Below are positions 41,428 to 49,836 of a stretch of DNA of 58,664 nucleotides, one piece after another (position 1 is the stretch's first letter; the number at the start of each line of letters is the position of its first letter). The notes beneath the pieces were generated by a model. That model ran no database searches, was not told the DNA's origin, and was given only the letters and a program-made list of their open reading frames with translations. Position numbers and translations under genes: made by a program. Source of the stretch: an uncultured Candidatus Poseidoniales archaeon (lineage in GTDB: Archaea; Thermoplasmatota; Poseidoniia; Poseidoniales; Thalassarchaeaceae); the NCBI GenBank assembly GCA_902573085.1, contig CACGHY010000004.1:1-58664 (forward strand). Reading direction: 5' to 3'.

Positions 41428-42333
41428 ATGGAACCCGGATCCATACTAATTGTAGGAGTCGGTGGGATAGGTTGTAGTTGGTCTTCTCGTGCACATGCGA
41501 GATGTCAACAGCTCTCCGAGCTGTTACTTGTTGACGCCGATGAAACCTCTTTCTCTTCCGAATTTGAAGCCCACTGCCTTCATCTGGACGCATCCGGAAG
41601 TGGAAGAGGGACCGCCGCTCTGCCAAATTTGGCTGCACACCGACTCAATGAGGGAGTGGCTAACATCCAAGAGATGCTAAAAAACAGCGAACTTGTGATC
41701 ATCCTAACCGCGTTAGGGGGGGGAACCGGTTCAGGCGCGGCTGCAGAACTCGCTGCTCGATCATCAGAGACAGGAAGCCTTGTCATTAGTATCGTTGGAA
41801 TGCCCTTCGCTGAACAACCTCTGCGATCTGCTATTGCAGACAAGGCTCTGCCTGCAATAGAGAGGAATTCAGATCTGTGCATTCGAGTCAGCCTAGAGAG
41901 ACTTGCATGGCAGGCAAGGCATCGAGAATCTGACTGGAAGATGGGGTCTGAATGGATAGGAGAGTTAATCGAAGGTCTGGTAACAACACTAGCGAGGGTT
42001 GGGAAGATGAATCTAGATTTGATGGACCTTCGGACTATAATTGGTAGACCTGGCAACGCCACTTTGATAGTCGGTAATGGGACTACTTCGAACCCTGACG
42101 AGGTCGTTAGGATTGCTAGAAACTCTCCACTGTCAGAAATATCGATCGATGGGGCCAAAGGTTGTATGATACAAGTGGAGGGGGGGCCAGACATGACGCT
42201 CGGTCACCTGAACATGGTTTCAGAAGCATTCGTGTCAGCCCTGGATGAGGATTGCCAGGTTATTCTTGGTGCGAGAGCAACCGATGACTTAGCCGGAAGA
42301 TTGCGGCTCGTTGCTGTGGTTAGCGGCCTTTAA
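41428..42333 (+). CDS. Divergent FtsZ/tubulin-family GTPase
   Basis: VGVGGIG, ALGGGTGSGAA signature, PF, NLDLMDL (T7-like), GAKGCMIQVEGGPDMTL, VILGA, VVSGL. Confidence 0.88.
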   Translation: MEPGSILIVGVGGIGCSWSSRAHARCQQLSELLLVDADETSFSSEFEAHCLHLDASGSGRGTAALPNLAAHRLNEGVANIQEMLKNSELVIILTALGGGTGSGAAAELAARSSETGSLVISIVGMPFAEQPLRSAIADKALPAIERNSDLCIRVSLERLAWQARHRESDWKMGSEWIGELIEGLVTTLARVGKMNLDLMDLRTIIGRPGNATLIVGNGTTSNPDEVVRIARNSPLSEISIDGAKGCMIQVEGGPDMTLGHLNMVSEAFVSALDEDCQVILGARATDDLAGRLRLVAVVSGL

Positions 42334-43562
42334 CTCACTATTTCAACAATATCGTCGTCATCAGATTCCTGAACTACAGCAGCTTGATCATAAGGTACAG
42401 TCTCAGGATTTAGTGAAGGTTCTGTAATCTCAAGTTGTTCTTCAAATTCCTCTAATATTCCTACTCTAGAAAGCGCAATTGGACACATTGCTAACATCAC
42501 AGTGGCGGTAATAGCATGTCCGATAGCAGTTGTAGTCATTAGGCTGCCCTCTGAAAGCACAGTCAAAGAAGATACACTACCGGAATACGCAAGTCCGAAA
42601 CACACCCCCCAGTAAACTGCCGATTGCCCTTGAAAAATCTTCAAACCCCTTTTATTGCCTTTCTTTGTTAAGGACCAGACTGTTAAAATAACAGTAATTG
42701 CCATCAAAATGCCCTCTTCTAGCAAGAGGCCGAATGAAGACTGATCCAATGTGAACGGAACCCTTCTCCACGAACTTAGAATATGCCAACAGGAAGTTAT
42801 GAAGATAAGAAAAAAAACCCTGTCACGAGCTACTCCATCTACTCCTGGTTCCTCTCTTGACGATTTAGTGTAACGCTCCATCAGTACTCCCAGAAGAACA
42901 ATTGTAAGCAAGAAAACGAACCATACCAAGTTTGTCAAGAAGTCGGCATTTAACGGATTGACAGCGCCATATCCAAACCACCAGACTAGAGGCGTAAACA
43001 ACAGTAAAGAAATTACTATTCTGAACACGGATGAATAGACTCCAGACTTACTGCCCCTAGGGCGACCTCGGTTTTTCTTTCCATACTCAATCCAACCTAG
43101 ATTTAGAGTAAGACCCTGAAACAACGACATTGCAATGAACAAAAATGCTAGAATAATCTTCAAGTCATTCAGATTTTCATTGGTCAGAATGGCATTTAGG
43201 CCGTACCAGATTATGCTCGCTACTGCAATAACCGGTAGCGTTTTGATCGCACCTCTAATTATGTAATTCCTGTTCACAACGCCTTCAATATCGTCTTCGA
43301 CTGATAGTAGCAATCTCCCTAGTCTGGTTGGTCGGATTAATGCCGCTAAAAAATAAGACAATGATAGGGATACAAACATTGCGGAGCCTTGCCTTTCTGA
43401 TCCAAACACATCGATATTCATTGCGACATAAAGCGAACCCGAAAATATCACGAGTAACGCGATGTGCGGAAGGGTTGACGGGTCAGAAATTATTGTGAGC
43501 GCATTATCAGACTGGCGAAGATCGTCAGGGCCATCGTTCTCCACACATCCGCGTGAACCCAC
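42330..43562 (-). CDS. Multi-pass membrane protein of unknown function
   Basis: About 10 hydrophobic helices, acidic C-terminal tail. Confidence 0.7.
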   Translation of the reverse strand: MGSRGCVENDGPDDLRQSDNALTIISDPSTLPHIALLVIFSGSLYVAMNIDVFGSERQGSAMFVSLSLSYFLAALIRPTRLGRLLLSVEDDIEGVVNRNYIIRGAIKTLPVIAVASIIWYGLNAILTNENLNDLKIILAFLFIAMSLFQGLTLNLGWIEYGKKNRGRPRGSKSGVYSSVFRIVISLLLFTPLVWWFGYGAVNPLNADFLTNLVWFVFLLTIVLLGVLMERYTKSSREEPGVDGVARDRVFFLIFITSCWHILSSWRRVPFTLDQSSFGLLLEEGILMAITVILTVWSLTKKGNKRGLKIFQGQSAVYWGVCFGLAYSGSVSSLTVLSEGSLMTTTAIGHAITATVMLAMCPIALSRVGILEEFEEQLEITEPSLNPETVPYDQAAVVQESDDDDIVEIVS

Positions 43563-43593
43563 TATTGGTTAAGGTAAACCCCTTCGGGACACC

Positions 43594-43887
43594 ATGCCGA
43601 GGCAAAAAAAGGCAGCAAGAGGCAAACACCGCTGGGTTGCAATCCGAATTAATGGATCGATAAATAGAGATAGTTTGAAGAAACTACTAGGAGAAAGTCT
43701 GGACGGGTTAGAATGGCGACTATTCGACATGGATAAACAGTCTAAAAGAACATTTGCCATACTCAAAACAACTCTATCGGACTATCGATTGACTCTGACA
43801 ACATTGAACAAAATTTCCGGTTTAGAAACTATCACAAGTTCTGGAAAGATCAGAATAGTAAGGGAACGGATTAACTCTTACCTGTAA
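43594..43887 (+). CDS. rnp2: Ribonuclease P protein component 2 (Pop5/Rpp14)
   Basis: RGKHRWVAIRI at the N-terminus and TITSSGKIR at the C-terminus match the Pop5 pattern (R.RY..F / TSGTI). Confidence 0.7.
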   Translation: MPRQKKAARGKHRWVAIRINGSINRDSLKKLLGESLDGLEWRLFDMDKQSKRTFAILKTTLSDYRLTLTTLNKISGLETITSSGKIRIVRERINSYL

Positions 43888-45221
43888 CCCAGCCACTCAA
43901 TTATGTCGAGATCTCCAATATTCACACTCCCAACAGACCCTCCGGTAACCCTGAGCTCCCCTAGCTCGTTCAATCCTGAGGGCCTGACTACTTCATTGCC
44001 AAGTCTTACGGCAACACCTCTGGATAGAGATCTTGATAGAGAAACCCAGGATTGAACGACGAGGCTACGTTTGCTGGGGAGGGGTAAGAAATCTTTCTTC
44101 TCAAAGATAGAAGAAATCCCCCTGTCTATTTTGTTGAAGACCTGCCTCGCATCCACGTCCCCCAGAGTCTCTTCCCATCCACTAGCTAGGATTTCAGTAC
44201 CTACCGGGAAACCAAATCGATTAATTCCAATCCCAATCCGAATTCCGCTAACTTGGTCATTCGAAGATTCAACAAGGACCCCCCCCATCTTCTCCCCCTT
44301 TCTAGAGAGGATATCGTTCGGCCATTTCATTTCTGCTTCCAGAACACTGGAGACAACAGCCCCGATACTAGTTTGGATTAATCCAGGTGAGAATTCGGCA
44401 ATTAGGTTCGACCCTATTTTCCACGTTGCGAAAACCCCGCCTTGCTCTGAGATCCACTCTGAATTTTTCCTCCCTCTCCCATTTGTCTGGTTCCTAGACA
44501 TGACTCTGACCCAGTCTCCATCCGGCATTTTCAATACTTCTTCCATTGTCGAAGAGCAGGTATCAATGATATTCGGAGTGCGACCTGACCCGGTCTTCCA
44601 AAAGGCCACAACCTCGATCTTTTCTTCCCCTAGTCTCTCCGAACCAAGGGTACGGGAGGTCCACCCTCTTCTCTCCCAGTCAATGACCTTACTTTTCCCC
44701 TCGGGCTCCGTCTTAACTACCATCAATGCCAATAGTTCATTCACGTTATGCTGTGATTCCAAGAAATTTAGAAGCTCTCCACCCCAACCCTTACTCGGGA
44801 TGTCTGACCACGCCATTTCTTCTATTTTCTCAAACTCACTGTCCTCATCCCCCCTTCCAAGATAGGGGAGATTCCATATGACTAATTTAGTTCCAGTTGG
44901 TAATACTAAATTTTCTCCCACGCCAGACTCTGAAATACGCTGACTACCGGGAATTCCGTTTTTCTCCATATTCCCTCTTGTTGCAGAAACTGCAAATGGA
45001 TTCAAGTCGCAAGCTGAAACTTCCCACCCAAGAGTCGCTAAGACCATCGTAACTATTCCCGATCCACACCCAATTTCAAATGCCTTAAATCCAAGGCCGG
45101 GAACAAATTCTCCAAGGACTCTACACAATAACAACGAATCTTCTCTTGGAGGATAAACTGTATGGGGGGAGAACACATCCCACTCGCCAATTCCTTCCAA
45201 TGAAACTTTGGTCTTCACCAT
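43878..45221 (-). CDS. Fusion of HemK2/PrmC-like SAM methyltransferase and biotin--protein ligase (BirA-like)
   Basis: N-half: VYPPREDSLLL, EIGCGSG, DLNPFAV, WNLPY. C-half: STM, QTNGRGR...W.S, KWPND, KMGGVLVE, IGIGIN. Confidence 0.88.
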   Translation of the reverse strand: MVKTKVSLEGIGEWDVFSPHTVYPPREDSLLLCRVLGEFVPGLGFKAFEIGCGSGIVTMVLATLGWEVSACDLNPFAVSATRGNMEKNGIPGSQRISESGVGENLVLPTGTKLVIWNLPYLGRGDEDSEFEKIEEMAWSDIPSKGWGGELLNFLESQHNVNELLALMVVKTEPEGKSKVIDWERRGWTSRTLGSERLGEEKIEVVAFWKTGSGRTPNIIDTCSSTMEEVLKMPDGDWVRVMSRNQTNGRGRKNSEWISEQGGVFATWKIGSNLIAEFSPGLIQTSIGAVVSSVLEAEMKWPNDILSRKGEKMGGVLVESSNDQVSGIRIGIGINRFGFPVGTEILASGWEETLGDVDARQVFNKIDRGISSIFEKKDFLPLPSKRSLVVQSWVSLSRSLSRGVAVRLGNEVVRPSGLNELGELRVTGGSVGSVNIGDLDIIEWLGYR

Positions 45222-45316
45222 GATTATTTTCAATGCGGTTAGAGACAAAATAGTTGTGTTCGTTGACTAGCTGTGGCTTCAATAACCTTTATGTTGTCAA
45301 TCAAATAACTCAACTC

Positions 45317-45408
45317 GGGCCGCTCCTCCACCTGCGGACCGCGGACCCACTTGCGAGAGCTTTGGCATAGCAAGTCTTTTGAACACCCCTCAGGTCGCAG
45401 GAAGGCCC
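45317..45408 (+). ncRNA. Candidate structured RNA or leader upstream of tRNA-Lys
   Basis: Nested complementarities GGGCC/GGCCC, CCTGCG(G)ACC/GGTCGCAGG and ACTTGC/GCAAGT in a GC-rich intergenic stretch; TATA-like CTTTATGT about 25 nt upstream. Confidence 0.4.
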
Positions 45409-45420
45409 AGCATCAGCCAT

Positions 45421-45497
45421 GGGCCTGTAGCTTAGTCAGGTAGAGCGCCGGGCTTTTAACCCGGTGGCCGGGGGTTCGAATCCCCTCAGGCCCGCCA
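45421..45497 (+). tRNA. tRNA-Lys (anticodon UUU), CCA encoded
   Basis: Acceptor GGGCCTG/CAGGCCC, anticodon arm CCGGG-CTTTTAA-CCCGG, T-loop GGTTCGAATCC, 3' GCCA. Confidence 0.97.
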
Positions 45498-45543
45498 GAC
45501 AGCTTCTCAGGCCCTCGGTTTTTTCTGGGAAGGGGAATAAATC

Positions 45544-46131
45544 ATGGCAGTAAAGAGCTCAACAAAAAAGAGACTGATAGAGCTAGGGATCCCAGAGGAT
45601 CACGCACACAGGTTGGCGGACGACGCTAATCTGGACACAATCAAGAGGATGTCTAGAGAACAGGTTGCAAAAAAAGTCGGCCTTGAGGATGGGGTTTCGG
45701 AACTAGAACACATCATGGGTGTGATCAGTGAACATGTAGGCTCTCGGAAGAGGAGTAAGAGTAACAGAATCACGATTTCACGGAAAGCACTCTTGGACGA
45801 GGATATCCCTACTGGGGACTACAGGTTCAATGTGCTTAACCATGTACTTGTGCCACACCATGAATTAGTCCCTATCGAAGATGAGGCAGAGGTTCTTAAG
45901 CCCTGGGGGCTCATAACTGATGATGCTTTTGGGAAGGACAGGCTAGCCAAGGAACTGCTTCCGAAAATACTGATTACCGATCCTGCTATCCAAGTTATCA
46001 AGGAAATCGAAGAATCCGAGAATGATGAGCTTCCAGCAGGGTGGCTAGCAAACAGAGTTGTCAAAATTGTTCGATACAGCAGGTCTGCAGGACAATCAGT
46101 GGCATTCAGGCTAATAGTGGAGAGCGCATAA
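45544..46131 (+). CDS. rpoH: RNA polymerase subunit Rpo5 (H) with long N-terminal extension
   Basis: FNVLNHVLVPHHEL, LPKILITDPAI, VVKIVRYSRSAG..VAFRLIV; first gene of the RNAP operon. Confidence 0.93.
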   Translation: MAVKSSTKKRLIELGIPEDHAHRLADDANLDTIKRMSREQVAKKVGLEDGVSELEHIMGVISEHVGSRKRSKSNRITISRKALLDEDIPTGDYRFNVLNHVLVPHHELVPIEDEAEVLKPWGLITDDAFGKDRLAKELLPKILITDPAIQVIKEIEESENDELPAGWLANRVVKIVRYSRSAGQSVAFRLIVESA

Positions 46132-46143
46132 GGAGGAATTAAA

Positions 46144-49100
46144 ATGAGAGAGATTGTAGAGAGTTATTTCAAGCATAGAAGCCTAGTGAATCACCAACTT
46201 GCTTCGTACAACGACTGCATCCCCATCGGAGACGGTAGGGAAAGTAGGATGGAGAATATCGTGAGGAACATTAGGATTGGTAGTGACGAACCAGTAGAAG
46301 ATGATGAGGGTGGAATGGTCAAACTCGATCTTCTTGACAAAGAAATCATCGTTCGACTTAAGAATCTCAGGCTAGGTAGGCCCACAATAAAGGAAGCCAA
46401 TGGAGCAGAACATCACGCAACTCCAATGGAATGCAGACTAAGGAAGCTTACTTATTTCTCACCAGTCTATCTAGACTTCAAGATTTTTCGTGACGATTTG
46501 CCCCCAACCCCCGGTTCTGAGATGGGATTCCAGGAGGAAACTAGCGTCCATATCGGAAATTTGCCGATAATGGTTAGATCTGCCAGGTGTAATCTTAATC
46601 CTAACCATGCAGATGAAAATCGGCGACTCTCCCCGGAAACCTCCACTGAGGATTCGGCTAGATATACCCACCTTCTTAGGAAGTACGGCGAAGATCCTAT
46701 TGATCCCGGGGGGTACTTCATTATCAACGGGACCGAGAGAGTTCTAATTTCTATGGAAGACCTCGCGCCAAACAGGGTAACAGTAGAGAAAAACAAGAAG
46801 TATGCCCATGAGACCCAGGTCGCGAAAATATTCTCCCAAAAAGACGGCGTAAGGAAGCCACTGAACGTCGAAAAGAGAAGAGATGGGATGCTCATGGTCA
46901 AAATTCCCAGTGCGGGAACTAGTCCTATTCCTTTGGTGCTTCTGATGAGGGCACTCGGAGTATCCAAGGATATGGACATCTTCGCCTCAATTGCAGGCCC
47001 CCCGGAGGCGATGAAGTACACTGTGGCCAACCTCAACGATCTCAGGGATAATGAGGAGTATGGTGTAGAAACATCTGAGGAGGCCCTAGCTTGGCTGGAG
47101 AAGAAGTTCGCGGCGGGACAGCAGAAGGAGTACAGAGAATCGAGAATACAAAACTTACTTGATAACGAACTACTACCTCACTTAGGATCTAAATACGACA
47201 ACAGGGAGAAGAAAGCGATTTTCCTAGGCCGTATTGCTAGACAAGTTCTAGAGATGGCTATCATGGACAAGGATCCTAATGACAAGGATCACTATGCAAA
47301 CAAGCGTGTACGTCTGGCTGGCGATCTGGTGGAGGATCTTTTTAGGGTAAGCTTACAACAACTAGCTCGAGACTTGAAGTACCAATTGGAGAGACATCAC
47401 AACAGAAAAAGGGAACTGAGAATTTCCTCTTGCCTTCGTCCTGACGTCCTTACAACCAAGATTATGCATGCTCTTGCGACAGGCAACTGGGTCGGAGGTA
47501 GGTCGGGAGTAAGCCAGCTCCTTGATAGGACAACATATTTGTCCGCACTGTCTCACATGAGGAGGGTCACGAGCCCACTTGTTCGAAGTCAGCCCCACTT
47601 CGAGGCAAGAGATTTGCACCCTACACAGTGGGGTAGGTTGTGTCCAAACGAGACTCCTGAGGGACAAAATTGCGGCCTTGTAAAGAATGCAGCACAAATG
47701 ATTGACGTCTCAGAGGAAGTTCCCGAAGAGGATGTCAAGGCACTGTTGAAAGAAGCAGGGGTTGACGATAATCCTGAGGGCTGGGCAGACGGCTCGAGGA
47801 TACATGTTAACGGGGATATCTTCGGCCTTCACAAGAGACCACACAAGCTGGTCAGTCAATTCAAGAGGAGACGCAGATCAGGTAGGATTAGGCCAGAAGT
47901 TAGCATAAGGCATGACAATGAAAATCGTGACGTTTACATAAACACCGACAGGGGGAGGATGTTACGCCCACTACTAATAATCGATCATGGTAGCCTCCAA
48001 ATTACCAAGATGCACTTGGAGGCATTAAACTCGGGGGAGATCACATTCGCAGATCTTGTGTCTGGAGGTGTTGTAGAATGGGTAGATGCCGAAGAAGAGG
48101 AAGATCTCTTGATAGCCCCGAGACCTTTCGATTTGCCCGCAGTCTCCCCGAAGAACAAACGCCCCATTAATCCAGCAAAGGTGGAGTGGACCAACCTTGG
48201 GGAGCATGGAATATCCCATGCCGAGCTATCTGCAGAAGTAACTATGCCCAACGGCGAGTCAAAAACAGAGAAATTCAAGGTCCCTCTAAATTACTACCAA
48301 GATAACATGGACGCTCTCAAGAGGAAAGAGAAAAAGGACCACACAGTTTTGGTATACACTCACGTAGAGATCGACCCTCAACTCATTATGGGGGTTTGTG
48401 CCTCCCTAGTCCCATATCCTGAACACAACTCAACTCCGAGGGTTACAGGTGGGACAGCCATGGTAAAACAGAGCCTGGGAGTGGCCAGTGCAAATTTCAG
48501 ACTTAGGCCCGACACCCGTGCGCACGTAATGCACTACCCCCAAAGATCAATTGTAGGGACGCGGGCTATGGAGTCCACTAAATTCGATGAAAGACCCGGG
48601 GGTCAGAACTTTGTCGTCGCAATAGTAAGCCATCATGGTTACAACATGCAAGACGCCGTGATTATGAACAAAGCTTCTGTTGAGAGGGCTCTTGGTAGAT
48701 CTGCGTTCATAAGGACATACAACGCAGAGAACAAGAGATTCCCCGGCGGACAAGAGGAGAGAATCGAGGTTCCAGGGACGGGTCTCGATGAAATCAAGGG
48801 ACTAAAGTCATGGGATTCCTATTCTCATCTTGAAAGAGACGGATTACCTGTTCCAGAAATTGAGCTAACTAGCCAAGAAGGCGGCAGGTCTATCCTAGTA
48901 GGTAAAACCAGCCCACCCAGGTTCCTGGAAGAATCACATGGGGCATTCTTACAGGCTCAGGAACGGAGGGAGTCCTCCATGCTAGTTCGTCACGGTGAGA
49001 AAGGTTGGGTAGACAATATCTTCGTCACTGAGTCACTCGATTCAGGCAGGCTAGTCCGAATAACTCTGAGGACAAACAAGGTTCCAGAACTTGGAGACAA

Positions 49101-49836
49101 GTTCGCCAGTAGACACGGGCAAAAGGGAATAATTGGTAGACTGGTAAATGAGGAGGACATGCCATTCACAGAAGACGGCGTGATACCTGATTTACTCATC
49201 AACCCTCATGCTATCCCGTCCAGAATGACCGTAGCCCACGTTTTGGAGATGATCGGAGGAAAGGTGGGGTCCATGGAGGGAAGAAGAATAGATGGAACCG
49301 CGTTCACTGGAGAAAAGGAAGAGTCCCTAAGGTCGGGACTGCTCAGAAACGGTCTGAGGCACACCGGCAGGGAGCCGATGATCAATGGAGAAACAGGAGA
49401 GAGTTTCCCAGTCGATACATTCGTCGGTGTCATCTATTACCAGCGACTTCACCATCTGGTTAGCAGCAAACTCCACGCCAGAAGCAGAGGAAGAGTGCAA
49501 ATCCTCACTAGGCAACCAACGGAAGGTAGAGCAAGGCAGGGCGGCCTCAGATTCGGAGAGATGGAGCGAGACTGCCTAATTTCCCACGGAGCTTCCATGG
49601 TAATCAAAGACCGTCTTCTTGATGAGTCAGATGGCTGGAACCTAATGGTCTGCAACACTCCTAGATGCGGCCATATCGCATATTATGACTGGAAGAGAAG
49701 GACTACGATTTGTCCTGTTTGCGGGGATAGGTCAGACGTACATAGTGTCCAGACCTCCTATGCATTCAAACTTCTCCTCGACGAAATGAAGAGTCTTGGA
49801 GTAGCAATGAGACTAGAACTGGAGGATAGAAGATGA
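46144..49836 (+). CDS. rpoB: RNA polymerase subunit Rpo2 (B, unsplit)
   Basis: DPGGYFIINGTERV, CPNETPEGQNCGLVKN, GYNMQDA, GDKFASRHGQKG, RQPTEGRARQGGLRFGEMERD. Confidence 0.98.
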   Translation: MREIVESYFKHRSLVNHQLASYNDCIPIGDGRESRMENIVRNIRIGSDEPVEDDEGGMVKLDLLDKEIIVRLKNLRLGRPTIKEANGAEHHATPMECRLRKLTYFSPVYLDFKIFRDDLPPTPGSEMGFQEETSVHIGNLPIMVRSARCNLNPNHADENRRLSPETSTEDSARYTHLLRKYGEDPIDPGGYFIINGTERVLISMEDLAPNRVTVEKNKKYAHETQVAKIFSQKDGVRKPLNVEKRRDGMLMVKIPSAGTSPIPLVLLMRALGVSKDMDIFASIAGPPEAMKYTVANLNDLRDNEEYGVETSEEALAWLEKKFAAGQQKEYRESRIQNLLDNELLPHLGSKYDNREKKAIFLGRIARQVLEMAIMDKDPNDKDHYANKRVRLAGDLVEDLFRVSLQQLARDLKYQLERHHNRKRELRISSCLRPDVLTTKIMHALATGNWVGGRSGVSQLLDRTTYLSALSHMRRVTSPLVRSQPHFEARDLHPTQWGRLCPNETPEGQNCGLVKNAAQMIDVSEEVPEEDVKALLKEAGVDDNPEGWADGSRIHVNGDIFGLHKRPHKLVSQFKRRRRSGRIRPEVSIRHDNENRDVYINTDRGRMLRPLLIIDHGSLQITKMHLEALNSGEITFADLVSGGVVEWVDAEEEEDLLIAPRPFDLPAVSPKNKRPINPAKVEWTNLGEHGISHAELSAEVTMPNGESKTEKFKVPLNYYQDNMDALKRKEKKDHTVLVYTHVEIDPQLIMGVCASLVPYPEHNSTPRVTGGTAMVKQSLGVASANFRLRPDTRAHVMHYPQRSIVGTRAMESTKFDERPGGQNFVVAIVSHHGYNMQDAVIMNKASVERALGRSAFIRTYNAENKRFPGGQEERIEVPGTGLDEIKGLKSWDSYSHLERDGLPVPEIELTSQEGGRSILVGKTSPPRFLEESHGAFLQAQERRESSMLVRHGEKGWVDNIFVTESLDSGRLVRITLRTNKVPELGDKFASRHGQKGIIGRLVNEEDMPFTEDGVIPDLLINPHAIPSRMTVAHVLEMIGGKVGSMEGRRIDGTAFTGEKEESLRSGLLRNGLRHTGREPMINGETGESFPVDTFVGVIYYQRLHHLVSSKLHARSRGRVQILTRQPTEGRARQGGLRFGEMERDCLISHGASMVIKDRLLDESDGWNLMVCNTPRCGHIAYYDWKRRTTICPVCGDRSDVHSVQTSYAFKLLLDEMKSLGVAMRLELEDRR

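Noticed and set aside
41716-41723. G8 tract in the FtsZ-like gene as another frameshift
   Set aside because: The frame is intact and encodes the LGGGTG signature.
44071-44865. 264-aa plus-strand ORF (and similar antisense ORFs at 13406-14095, 41580-42194, 32159-32926, 10073-10639)
   Set aside because: Shadow frames opposite well-supported genes; Ser/Pro/Ile-rich with no motifs.
45421-45540. tRNA-Lys as an integration site for a mobile element
   Set aside because: No integrase, no duplicated tRNA 3' end, and core genes on both sides.
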